DNA from: Gemmatimonadota bacterium
GTDB lineage: Bacteria; Gemmatimonadota; Gemmatimonadetes; Gemmatimonadales; GWC2-71-9
Assembly (NCBI GenBank): GCA_039586365.1
Contig: JBDHKN010000039.1
Coordinates: 1-42,380 of the forward strand
Length of the DNA stretch: 42,380 bases
Direction: 5' to 3'
The notes beneath the pieces were generated by a model that was not told the DNA's origin, ran no database searches, and worked only from the letters and a program-made list of their open reading frames with translations. Of the stretch, positions 8,840 through 18,408 are shown in pieces. Within the stretch, counting starts at the first letter, position 1, and every line of letters begins with the position of its first letter. Both the position numbers and the translations under genes were made by a program.

Positions 8840-9721
8840 ATGCATCAGCTGCGAGAACGGAAATACCTGCTATCGTTGGCGCCGGTCATCCTGGCGTTGT
8901 TTCAGGCTGCTTGCAGCGAGCAGGCTGACATCTCCTTCTTTGTGCTGGTGAAGTCGTCCAACTACTCGCAGGACAGTCTAAGGCAACTCACCCTCCTCAA
9001 TTATCACTTCTTTTCCGAGATCTTTGTCCTGCCCGGAGGTCGGATCGATAGCGCTAGCCTCTCACCTGATGGCGCTGAGAGCAAACCGATTCCATACGTC
9101 GACCGAGGCGGCAACTACTATGTGGAGGGGGGGCACTTCGACTCGCTCGAGGAACTCGATGCCGCCCATCCGAACGGGAAGTTCGTGTTTGACATCGCTG
9201 CGCCGACGGTCCGACTGAGCCAAGTGCGGCTTAGCCTCGCTGGCCCGGGCAATCGGACAGACATCCCTGCACCAATTACGGTCTCGCTCAGCCAAGCCGG
9301 TGTGCCGATCTCTCCTCAAGCTGTCGACCCTACCGAGGTTTTCATCATCGGCTGGAGCGATTATTCGAACGGAGCGGCGGACCCCAGAGGCATTGTCGAT
9401 GACATGATCTTCGTGGTGGTGGCCGATTGTCACGGGAACCGGCTATTTCATACAGGCCTGCCGTTTGAAGGGGAGTACATGACGTTCCGGACCATCGATG
9501 TGTTGGTACCGGCTGGCACGCTGGACACGGGTCAGCCGTACTCTGCCTTCGTCGAGTTCCCTCACGTGGTGGACAGTCGCACAGTGCACGGAGTTCCTGG
9601 ATTCACTTCGTATGCCACGGCAACATACCTCGACCTTCGCACTGGGGGCTCGGTTTCCGATCCAACTTGTCCGGCCGTTCCCCCACCGATGGACACGGGT
9701 CAAACTGATCGCAAGGAGTGA
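8840..9721 (+). CDS. Hypothetical lipoprotein
   Basis: Basic N-terminus, hydrophobic core and QAAC lipobox; long ORF; no recognised domain. Confidence 0.7.
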   Translation: MHQLRERKYLLSLAPVILALFQAACSEQADISFFVLVKSSNYSQDSLRQLTLLNYHFFSEIFVLPGGRIDSASLSPDGAESKPIPYVDRGGNYYVEGGHFDSLEELDAAHPNGKFVFDIAAPTVRLSQVRLSLAGPGNRTDIPAPITVSLSQAGVPISPQAVDPTEVFIIGWSDYSNGAADPRGIVDDMIFVVVADCHGNRLFHTGLPFEGEYMTFRTIDVLVPAGTLDTGQPYSAFVEFPHVVDSRTVHGVPGFTSYATATYLDLRTGGSVSDPTCPAVPPPMDTGQTDRKE

Positions 9722-9876
9722 TGGGTAGCCACGGTCCTTCCCAATTCATACACGTCGTTCCCAGTCTCAGCCAGAGCCAGTCGCGAGTCTCGTGCGATTG
9801 AGATACCCTTAGGTACAGTAGATCGTGGTACCCTGACTTTTACGCGCTACCAGTTGCATGAAGAAAGGAGCCCGCC

Positions 9877-10554
9877 GTGGAAGCTTTCTCACACAACGGC
9901 AAGGCCTACTCAACGGACGACCGGGGTTTTCTGACGGCGTACGGTCAATGGGATGAAGGCTTCGCCGAGGGAATGGCGCCGCGGGTGCGAATCGCCGACG
10001 GACTCACTGATGCTCATTGGCGTGTCATCCGCTTCATAAGGAGAGAATTCGAAGAGACCGGTGAATGCCCGCTGGTGTTCAGCACCTGCAAGGCCAATGG
10101 TCTTTCCACGAAGCAGTTCAAGGAACTGTTTCCGACAGGCTATATGCGGGGTGCCTGTAAGCTCGCAGGTATCACCTACCGGGACCGCCTGGTCGATTAC
10201 TATGGTGAGGATGCAGCGCGACCAAGTGCAAAGACTGATGTCAGAGAAGCCATCGCCAAGAACAAGGACAAGATTTATCGAGTCGACGCATTCGGATTTC
10301 TGGTAGATCCCGCCGAATGGGATGAAGAGTATGCGGCTCATAAAGCCCGTGAGATGAAGCTACCTGGTGCGCTATCGGACAAGCATCAAGAGATCATCCA
10401 GTACTTGAGGAGAAGCTTCACCAAGAGTGGAGTCGTGCCGACAGTGTTCGAATGTTGTGAAGCTCTCGGGATCGAGTTGGATGATCTCGAGCGTCTCTTC
10501 CCTGACGGATACGATCGAGGTGCCGTAAAGCTGGCCGGACTCTGCGTCAAATGA
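9877..10554 (+). CDS. TusE/DsrC/DsvC-family protein with two tandem domains
   Basis: AAGGAG RBS, GTG start; two copies of D..GFL....WDE..A...A.......L.D.H...I...R......G..P...LFP.GY.RGA.KLAG. Confidence 0.88.
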   Translation: MEAFSHNGKAYSTDDRGFLTAYGQWDEGFAEGMAPRVRIADGLTDAHWRVIRFIRREFEETGECPLVFSTCKANGLSTKQFKELFPTGYMRGACKLAGITYRDRLVDYYGEDAARPSAKTDVREAIAKNKDKIYRVDAFGFLVDPAEWDEEYAAHKAREMKLPGALSDKHQEIIQYLRRSFTKSGVVPTVFECCEALGIELDDLERLFPDGYDRGAVKLAGLCVK

Positions 10555-10650
10555 TCTTGCCTGATTGTTGATGCTTGACCCACCCTCGCGCTGCCCGCAA
10601 TTGAATCGCATCTTTGCAGCTCCACAATATCACGTACTTCGAGGCATGCC

Positions 10651-11829
10651 ATGCTGGTATCTTTCCGTTCCTCACGCCTAATACCCTCTCTCATTCCAGT
10701 CGTGATGCTGGCTTTCTTTGCAGGGCGCCCTGTGGGTTCACGGCCGGTGGTCGCAGATCGCGACTACGTGTACGTCGCGGGCACCATGGGGATCGATCCG
10801 ACCACGGGTGAGCTAGCAGCGGGTGTCGCCGGTCAGGTTCGTCAAGCGATGGAGAACATTGCCGTCATTCTGCGGGCGGAGGGGACAGGCTTTTCGCGAG
10901 TGCTGTCTGTTAACGTCTTCCTTTCGGACACCCGCCACTTCAGTGAAATGAACGAGGTATATCGTTCCTACTTTCCGGTTGAACCACCGACGCGAGCAAC
11001 CGTAGCAGTCGATCTTCCTCTGTCTGGGGCGTTGGTGCAGATAGCCTTGGTGGCCGCGCGGCCACATGTGACTCGACGTGTAATCAAGCCAGCGCGACTC
11101 AAATCACCTGAGCTACCATATAGCTGGGGGATACTCGCTGGGAACACACTCTTCATTGCTGGGGCCACGAGCCGCGATCCCGGAACCTATGAGCCGGTGA
11201 CCGGGGACGTCGGCACCCAGACGCGCCGAGTATTCGGAAACATCGGGGCGGTGCTTCACGCTGCCGAGATGGACTATGGCGATCTGTCTTCCTGCACCGT
11301 GTTCATGGACGATTCGCGTGGGTTCAGCGAGATGAATGCTGCGTACCGTGAGTTTGTCACCGACGATCCTCCCGCGCGGGCGACCGTGAGGGCAGGGCTC
11401 ATGAATCCGGTCTTCAAGGTGGAGATCCAGTGTGTTGCTGAACGGGGAGCTAATAGGTCAGTAGTTGTCGCTAGTGGAGCGTCACGGCCGACGAGTCCGT
11501 TCTCGCCGGCCGTCAGAGTCGGGCAACGTATGTATCTGGCTGGCATGGTCGGGCGTGGCCCGGAGGGCATCGCGAAGGGTGATATCGATGCCCAGACCAG
11601 GCAGACGTTGGCCAATCTGGGAGCCACGCTGACAGCGGCCGGGATGGACTTTAGCAACGTGACTGCCATGCATGTCTTCCTACCGCACATAGAGCACGCA
11701 GCTGCGGTGGGACCCATCCTTGACCACATGATCGGCAGTGGGCCGTCACGCACCGTGATAGGAACAGGGCTGATGGGCCCCGACAACCTGGTCGAGATCA
11801 TGATGTTTGCCAACAGCGTGAGTCAGTGA
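10651..11829 (+). CDS. RidA/YjgF/UK114-family protein with three fused domains and a possible signal peptide
   Basis: Three repeats of (Y/F)(V/I/L)AG...Q.R....N....L...G/E......V...VF...P.R..(V/I)...L......V(E/Q)I; hydrophobic N-terminus. Confidence 0.88.
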   Translation: MLVSFRSSRLIPSLIPVVMLAFFAGRPVGSRPVVADRDYVYVAGTMGIDPTTGELAAGVAGQVRQAMENIAVILRAEGTGFSRVLSVNVFLSDTRHFSEMNEVYRSYFPVEPPTRATVAVDLPLSGALVQIALVAARPHVTRRVIKPARLKSPELPYSWGILAGNTLFIAGATSRDPGTYEPVTGDVGTQTRRVFGNIGAVLHAAEMDYGDLSSCTVFMDDSRGFSEMNAAYREFVTDDPPARATVRAGLMNPVFKVEIQCVAERGANRSVVVASGASRPTSPFSPAVRVGQRMYLAGMVGRGPEGIAKGDIDAQTRQTLANLGATLTAAGMDFSNVTAMHVFLPHIEHAAAVGPILDHMIGSGPSRTVIGTGLMGPDNLVEIMMFANSVSQ

Positions 11830-11872
11830 TTCTCACTACTGGAACTCGAGACTGCCTTTGCGGAGCGAAACC

Positions 11873-14233
11873 ATGATGCAGCAGACAATTGGACTGTGGC
11901 ACAGGAGTGGCGTAGTGGTAGCGGTTTTTTCACTTCTGATGGCGGCAGTGACATCAGGTCAGGCGGATTATCAGCGAGCCGAACAGTTTCTCACCTGGAA
12001 TACGACAAAGCTGATCACCGGTGATGTGGTGATACCTACTTGGCTATCGGATGGTCAGCGTTTTTGGTATCGGGTGACCACTGCAGCCGGAGCGGATTTC
12101 GTGTTGGTGAATCCGGAACGCAACACTCGCCGTCTCGTGTTCAACAACGCCCGGTTGGCGGCGGCGATGTCGCTGGCCAACGACACGACGTACGATCCAG
12201 TGAAACTCCCGTTCACTACCTTCAAGTTCCTGGACGGTGAAGGTTCTATCGAAGTGAAGGCAAGTGCCAAGCTGTTCCACTGCGAGCTGGGGGCTTATCG
12301 GTGCACGGTGAGTGACACGTTGCCGAGTGACGTGCCGTACGTCGTATCGCCTGACTCGACGCTGGAAGCGTTCGTACACGAACACAACGTCTATGTGCGC
12401 CCTCACGGTGGCGGAGACTCGACTCAGTTGACGACGGACGGCGTGGAGTTCTGGTCCTATGGGCTAGGATATCCGCGTCCCAACCAAGTGAAACGCAAGT
12501 TGCCGCGACGACCGACAATAGTCTGGTCGCCCGACTCGCGGAAGCTCGCCGCACAGAGGAACGACGAGCGCAACGTGGAACACATGCACTACATATCGTC
12601 CACGTCGCAACGCCCGCAGCACTACTCGCAACCGTATGCGTTGCCAGGCGACTCGATAATCCCAATTCCCGGATTTCACGTGATTCATCTGGATCGAGCA
12701 GGTGGGATGGTCCGAGCTGTGCAGAACGTCGATGTAGCGGTGACCCCACAACCGCATCAACTGTCCCTGAGCGGATCGTCCACAGATTCTCTGTGGGGTG
12801 AGGACTCTGGCAAGCTCTACGTGTCCTATCTGACCAGAGCATCGAAGAGCGTGCATCTTGCCCAGGTGGATGCGGCCACGGGTGACGTAGATGTGTTGGT
12901 GTCGGACAGTAGCAAGACATGGGTGGAATTGAGCGTCGAGAGTTATGGTGCTGTCAATTGGGAGGTAGTGGAGGCAACCGGAGACGTGATCTGGTTCTCA
13001 CAGCGCGACGGCTGGGCCCATCTGTATCTGCTCGACCGCAACGGCAACGTCAAGAACCAGATCACTTCGGGCCCGTGGACGGTGGGTGCAATCAAGTATG
13101 TGGATCACGCAGCGCGACGCATCTACTTCACTGGGCGCGGCAAGGAACCAGGCAGGGACATCTACTATGCTCACCTCTACGTGGTCAGCTTTGACGGTAC
13201 TGACCTCCGTCTCCTGACATCTGAGGATGCCAACCACAGCATTCATTTCGCTCCTGGGGGCCGGTACTTCACTGACACGTACTCCCGCTTCGACCAACCC
13301 CCGATAACGGTATTGCGTGCGCCGGACGGCACGGTGATTCGGCAACTCGAGGAAACGGATATCTCTCGCTTGCACGAGATCGGGTGGAGGCAGCCGGAGC
13401 CCTTTACGGTGAAAGCCCGCGATGGGGTGACTGAGCTATACGGCATGATGTACAAACCGACCAAATTCGATCCGGATCAGAAATATCCCATCATCGATCA
13501 CATCTATCCTGGCCCGCAGATCATCACTGTTCCCAAGGACTTCTTTCCCACCAATGCGCCCGGTCTGACTTACGCGACGTTCGGTCAGGTACAGGCGCTA
13601 GCAGAGCTGGGTTTCATCGTGGTGAACATCGACCACCTCGGGGGTCCGATGCGGTCGAAGGCATTTCACGACAACTACTACGGGAACTTCGGTGACAACG
13701 GGATACCGGACCACATCACCGCGATCAAACAGCTTGCTGCCCGCCACTCCTTCATCGACATCGAGCGGGTCGGGATCTACGGGCATTCGGGTGGAGGGTT
13801 CGCGTCAACCGATGCCATCCTGCGCTACCCAGATTTCTTCAAGGTCGCTGTCTCCACCTCAGGCAACCACGACAACCGCAGCTACAACATCTACTGGGCC
13901 GAGAAGTATCAGGGTCTGTTGGTGCGGGATACAGTCAAGAACACTGACAATTTCGCTGGGTCGGCCAACCAGACAATGGCGGCGAATTTGAAGGGTAGGT
14001 TGTTCCTGATGCATGGGGACATGGATGACAACGTCCACCCCGCTATGACCATCCAGGTCGCCAACGCTCTCGTCAAGGCCAACAAGACCTTCGACATGCT
14101 GATCTTGCCGGACATGGATCATGGCGTCACGCAGGATCCCTACGTGATCCGTCGCAGCTGGGATTACTGGGTGCAACACCTGCTGGGTGAAGAACCACCG
14201 CGGGATTTCCTCATCCGCGGTCCGCCCAATTAG
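11873..14233 (+). CDS. S9B dipeptidyl-peptidase IV-like peptidase, secreted
   Basis: Signal peptide, DPP IV N-terminal propeller, catalytic GHSGGG, D in MDDNVH and H in MDHG. Confidence 0.92.
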   Translation: MMQQTIGLWHRSGVVVAVFSLLMAAVTSGQADYQRAEQFLTWNTTKLITGDVVIPTWLSDGQRFWYRVTTAAGADFVLVNPERNTRRLVFNNARLAAAMSLANDTTYDPVKLPFTTFKFLDGEGSIEVKASAKLFHCELGAYRCTVSDTLPSDVPYVVSPDSTLEAFVHEHNVYVRPHGGGDSTQLTTDGVEFWSYGLGYPRPNQVKRKLPRRPTIVWSPDSRKLAAQRNDERNVEHMHYISSTSQRPQHYSQPYALPGDSIIPIPGFHVIHLDRAGGMVRAVQNVDVAVTPQPHQLSLSGSSTDSLWGEDSGKLYVSYLTRASKSVHLAQVDAATGDVDVLVSDSSKTWVELSVESYGAVNWEVVEATGDVIWFSQRDGWAHLYLLDRNGNVKNQITSGPWTVGAIKYVDHAARRIYFTGRGKEPGRDIYYAHLYVVSFDGTDLRLLTSEDANHSIHFAPGGRYFTDTYSRFDQPPITVLRAPDGTVIRQLEETDISRLHEIGWRQPEPFTVKARDGVTELYGMMYKPTKFDPDQKYPIIDHIYPGPQIITVPKDFFPTNAPGLTYATFGQVQALAELGFIVVNIDHLGGPMRSKAFHDNYYGNFGDNGIPDHITAIKQLAARHSFIDIERVGIYGHSGGGFASTDAILRYPDFFKVAVSTSGNHDNRSYNIYWAEKYQGLLVRDTVKNTDNFAGSANQTMAANLKGRLFLMHGDMDDNVHPAMTIQVANALVKANKTFDMLILPDMDHGVTQDPYVIRRSWDYWVQHLLGEEPPRDFLIRGPPN

Positions 14234-14647
14234 CGGGAATCCGGACACATGATGTACCTGCGAAAGGGATCCTGGGAGAAACTGACTGGACAGGCCCGCT
14301 GATGTGCGTCTGTCGTGTTGCTCATTGTCGGCCTGCTCGTGAGCTGTGTCCCGGTTCGCCCGAGTCCGCGGTGGATCCCATGTGATCTTTGCGGATGGAA
14401 TGATCCGGCGGTACGTACAGATCGTTGCCTCTTACCACACCGGAGGTGAGCCCGTAGCTTAGACCCGTAGGATTTCCGAGAGGCACACTCATAGCTGATC
14501 TGCTGAGGTGCGCGAACGGCCTAATTGGCCCACCGTTACGTGATCGAGTAGTCTCGACGCAGTGGTGGGAGGGCGTGCACGCTACCGCAGATAGACTCCG
14601 GGCCGCAGCCGGACTGCAAAATCTATCTACGCATTTCGAGGTCACTC

Positions 14648-16351
14648 ATGCATAGCAGCACTACGCTACGTCAGTTCGCCGCAGTCGTTGTCGCGGGCAT
14701 CGTCCTTGTTTCGGTCGCCGCGTGCGGAGCCGACAGCTTTCACTTCGAGATCGTCATGGGCGATGGACTGAGTTCGGAGCCCGTGGACGGGCGGGTGATT
14801 CTGCTCGTCTCGCAGGACAGCTCGGCAGAGCCCCGGTTCCAGCGCCTCCGGAGCCCCTTTGCACCCGCGATCTTCGGCATCGACGTGGAAGGTCTCCGTA
14901 CCGGTGAGCCGGCCGTGATCGATGTGGCCACGCGCGGGTGGCCGCTCGAACACATCACGCAGATCCCTGCGGGTGAGTACTACACTCAGGCGGTGCTCAA
15001 CGTCTACACCACGTTTCAACGCGCGGACGGGCATACGATCAAGGCACACATGGACCAGTGGGAAGGGCAACACTGGAACATCTCGCCGGGCAATCTCTAC
15101 AGTGAGGCTCAACAGGTGAGGATCAATCCGGCCTCGGGTGGGGCGGTGCGTATCACCCTCTCTCAAACCATGCCGCCGCTCGATCCCCCCGAGGACACCA
15201 AGTACGTGAAGCACATCAAGTTCAAGAGCGACATCCTGAGCGAGTGGTGGGGTCACGACATGTACCTGGGAGCAGTGGTCTTGTTGCCGGAGGGCTTCGA
15301 TGAGCGTCCCAATGCGCGCTATCCGGTCGTCTATTGGCAAGGTCACTTCCCCAGGACGTTCTCCGGGATCAGCGAGACACCGCCGCCACCAGGGCTCACC
15401 GGGCGGGCCAGAGAGCGAGCCGAGGGAGCTTACCGGCTCTACCAGGACTGGGCCTCCGGCAGGTTGGGGCGGTTTCTCATCGTGCTGTTGCAGCACCCTA
15501 CTCCCTTCTACGACGACTCGTACGCCGTCAACTCGGCCAACAATGGGCCGTACGGAGACGCACTCACTCAGGAACTGATTCCGCGGGTGGAGGGCCAGTT
15601 CCGCGCTATCGGCGAACCCTGGGCCCGTACTCTCTCTGGCGGGTCCACAGGAGGCTGGGAGTCCCTGGCCTGGCAGGTCTTCTACCCAGACATGTTCAAC
15701 GGTACGTGGACTTTCTGCCCCGACCCGGTGGACTTTCGCTACTTCCAGTTGGTGAACATCTACGAGGACGACAACGCCTTTTACCAGAACGGGGCATGGA
15801 AGACAACGCCGACGCGGCCGTGGCAGCGAGGCGTGGATGATCGGGTTTCCATGAGCCAGCTGGACGCCAGTCACTTGGAGGCGGTACTGGGTTCTCGGGG
15901 TCGCTCGGGTGACCAGATGGACATATTCATGGGAGTGTACGGTCCAGTGGGAGACGACGGCTACCCACGACTGCTGTATGACAAGTGGACCGGTGAGATA
16001 GACAAAGGTGTGGTGGAGTACTGGCGGGAGAATTACGACCTACGGTACATCTTAGAGCGTGACTGGGCGACGCTGGGGCCGAAGCTCGTCGGCAAGCTCC
16101 ACCTATACATGGGTGACACCGATACCTACTACCTGGAGGAGGCCACACGGCTGCTGGAGGAGTTCCTGGAAGGCACCACGAACCCCTACTACGCTGGTTC
16201 CTTCCACTGGGGCGAGCGCCAACCACACTGTTACAGCGGTACTCCAGAATACCCGGGCCAGACCTCGTACCACCGTGTCCTCCCAGCGATGCGGGCACGG
16301 ATCCTGGCAACTGCTCCGCCAGGGGCGGACACGAGGAGCTGGCGGTATTAG
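14648..16351 (+). CDS. Putative esterase (alpha/beta hydrolase) lipoprotein
   Basis: VAAC lipobox; DDSYAVNSANNGPYGDAL, nucleophile elbow GGSTGG, CPDPVDF. Confidence 0.85.
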   Translation: MHSSTTLRQFAAVVVAGIVLVSVAACGADSFHFEIVMGDGLSSEPVDGRVILLVSQDSSAEPRFQRLRSPFAPAIFGIDVEGLRTGEPAVIDVATRGWPLEHITQIPAGEYYTQAVLNVYTTFQRADGHTIKAHMDQWEGQHWNISPGNLYSEAQQVRINPASGGAVRITLSQTMPPLDPPEDTKYVKHIKFKSDILSEWWGHDMYLGAVVLLPEGFDERPNARYPVVYWQGHFPRTFSGISETPPPPGLTGRARERAEGAYRLYQDWASGRLGRFLIVLLQHPTPFYDDSYAVNSANNGPYGDALTQELIPRVEGQFRAIGEPWARTLSGGSTGGWESLAWQVFYPDMFNGTWTFCPDPVDFRYFQLVNIYEDDNAFYQNGAWKTTPTRPWQRGVDDRVSMSQLDASHLEAVLGSRGRSGDQMDIFMGVYGPVGDDGYPRLLYDKWTGEIDKGVVEYWRENYDLRYILERDWATLGPKLVGKLHLYMGDTDTYYLEEATRLLEEFLEGTTNPYYAGSFHWGERQPHCYSGTPEYPGQTSYHRVLPAMRARILATAPPGADTRSWRY

Positions 16352-16476
16352 GACCGGCTTGAGCGCCGGTTCATGACGCAACCGGATGGGCGGCAGCCGA
16401 GTCTCTTGTTGCTTGGCGGCCGCCGCCTAACGCTAAAAGGTGAAGCTGTACCCTCTCGAAAGCTGGGGATCTCACA

Positions 16477-18363
16477 ATGCACCAGCCGACACTCCTCATG
16501 TTGACCGTGGCCTTTGCCGCAGTGGCTGTCACCTCCGGATGCGCGTCCTCCGACATCCCCGGTGAGGCTGAACGAGCTGCCTACCTTCGCGAGCATTACG
16601 CCAAGTCCGAATACATGGTTCCGATGCGGGACGGAGTTGAGCTCTTCACCTTTGTCTATTCGCCTAAAAACACGTCCCGGACCTATCCCATATTGCTGTA
16701 CCGGACTCCCTACTCCATTGCACCGTATGGGCCGGACGAGTACCCGGAGATGTTGGGTCCGTCACCAGAGTTCGACGAGGATGGATACATCTTCGCGTTT
16801 CAGGATGTGCGGGGGAAATTCAGGTCCCAAGGCGAGTTTGCAGTGATCCGTCCGCTGTACCGGGAGGCAGGCACTGCACGGGTAGACGAAAGCACCGACA
16901 ACTACGACACGATAGAGTGGTTGCTGGGCAACGTCCCCAACCACAACGGTCGGGTCGGGCAGTGGGGGATCTCATATTCCGGGTGGCAGGCGCTCATGGG
17001 AATGATCGATCCTCACCCCGCACTCAGAGCTTCTTCACCGCAGGCTTCTCCCGCAGACATGTTCATCGGAGATGACTGGCATCACAACGGCGCATTCCGC
17101 GTCATGTATGCCTTCAGCTGGCTGGCGGGAAATGCCCGCAGGAGAGATCAACCGAGCGAGAGTCGGTCGCAGCGCTTTGACTACGGCACGCCGGATGGAT
17201 ACGAGTTCTTCTTGGAGGCGGGGACGGCAGCCATGATCGACGAACTCTTCTTCGGCGAGGACGTGCCTGCCTGGCGTGACTTCATCGAGCACCCCAACTA
17301 CGACGACTTCTGGCAACGACAGAACGCCCTGCAGTATCTCGATGGCGTCCGGCACGCTGTTCTGAACGTCGCCGGGTGGTTCGACACGGAAGACTTCTAC
17401 GGACCGATGTCCATCTACAAGACCATCGAGGCGGAGAACCCGGAGAACCGGAGCACGCTGGCTGTGGGACCTTGGCTGCACGGTGGCTGGCGCCGGATGG
17501 AGGGGGATCACTTGGGGTGCATCGAGTTCGACTCGAAGACCTCGCTCCACTTCCAGCGGGAAGTCCAGTTCCCGTTCTTTAGCCGTCACCTGAAAGACAA
17601 GGGTGATTGGGATGCTCCGGAGGCAGTCGTGTTCGAGACCGGTACCAATCGGTGGCGCACCTACGATCGCTGGCCTCCCGACAATGTCGAGCCCACTCGG
17701 CTCTACCTGCAGTCGAACGGCCGGCTCTCCTTTGATCCACCCACGGGACAGGGTGGCGACACGCGCGACAGCTACATCAGCGATCCCACGAAGCCCGTGC
17801 CATTCTCAGCCGAGATCCGGACCACCCTGGGACACCTGTGGAAGGTGGAGGACCAGCGGTTTGCCTCGTCCCGGCCGGACGTACTGGTCTACGAGTCGGA
17901 TGTCTTGGAGGAAGACCTCACTATGGCGGGTCCGATACTCGCCAACATATTCGTTGCCACGACGGGAACGGACGCCGACTGGGTGGTCAAGCTGATCGAT
18001 GTGTACCCGGGTGACGTTCCCAACAGCGAGTTCTGTGATGTCCCGATGGGTGGCTTTCAGATGCATGTAGCAGGGGAGATAATGCGTGGTAAGTTCCGCA
18101 ACAGCTTCGAGCATCCCGAGCCGATGGTGCCGAATGAGGTAACTCCAATCCACATCGATCTGAGAGATCGCTATCATACGTTCCAGGCCGGTCACCGGAT
18201 CATGGTGCACGTTCAGAGTTCGTGGTTCCCCGCGTATGATCGAAATCCCCAGACTTTCACGGATATCTATCGTGCGCGCCCCTCAGATTTCCAGCCGGCC
18301 ACGCAGACGATCTATCGATCTGCGCAATATCCCTCCCACATTGTCGTGGGGGTACTCAGGTAG
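16477..18363 (+). CDS. CocE/NonD family hydrolase (peptidase S15 / alpha-amino acid ester hydrolase-like), lipoprotein
   Basis: VPMRDGVEL, RTPY, QDVRGK, GISYSG, GPWLHG, C-terminal QSSWFPxYDRNPQ; TSGC lipobox. Confidence 0.92.
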   Translation: MHQPTLLMLTVAFAAVAVTSGCASSDIPGEAERAAYLREHYAKSEYMVPMRDGVELFTFVYSPKNTSRTYPILLYRTPYSIAPYGPDEYPEMLGPSPEFDEDGYIFAFQDVRGKFRSQGEFAVIRPLYREAGTARVDESTDNYDTIEWLLGNVPNHNGRVGQWGISYSGWQALMGMIDPHPALRASSPQASPADMFIGDDWHHNGAFRVMYAFSWLAGNARRRDQPSESRSQRFDYGTPDGYEFFLEAGTAAMIDELFFGEDVPAWRDFIEHPNYDDFWQRQNALQYLDGVRHAVLNVAGWFDTEDFYGPMSIYKTIEAENPENRSTLAVGPWLHGGWRRMEGDHLGCIEFDSKTSLHFQREVQFPFFSRHLKDKGDWDAPEAVVFETGTNRWRTYDRWPPDNVEPTRLYLQSNGRLSFDPPTGQGGDTRDSYISDPTKPVPFSAEIRTTLGHLWKVEDQRFASSRPDVLVYESDVLEEDLTMAGPILANIFVATTGTDADWVVKLIDVYPGDVPNSEFCDVPMGGFQMHVAGEIMRGKFRNSFEHPEPMVPNEVTPIHIDLRDRYHTFQAGHRIMVHVQSSWFPAYDRNPQTFTDIYRARPSDFQPATQTIYRSAQYPSHIVVGVLR

Positions 18364-18408
18364 ACTGAGAGCAGCCGTTTCCCCTGTCTTGGCGATTGGC
18401 TCGGCAGA

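Noticed and set aside
9877..10554. Evidence of dissimilatory sulfate reduction
   Set aside because: The canonical two-Cys DsrC tail is absent and no dsrAB or dsrMK lies in the window.
16394..16431. Integron attC site (GCCTAAC here; GTTAGGC also at 26583-26589)
   Set aside because: Only isolated 7-bp core matches; no paired R''/R' with an internal palindrome, no cassette array and no integrase.
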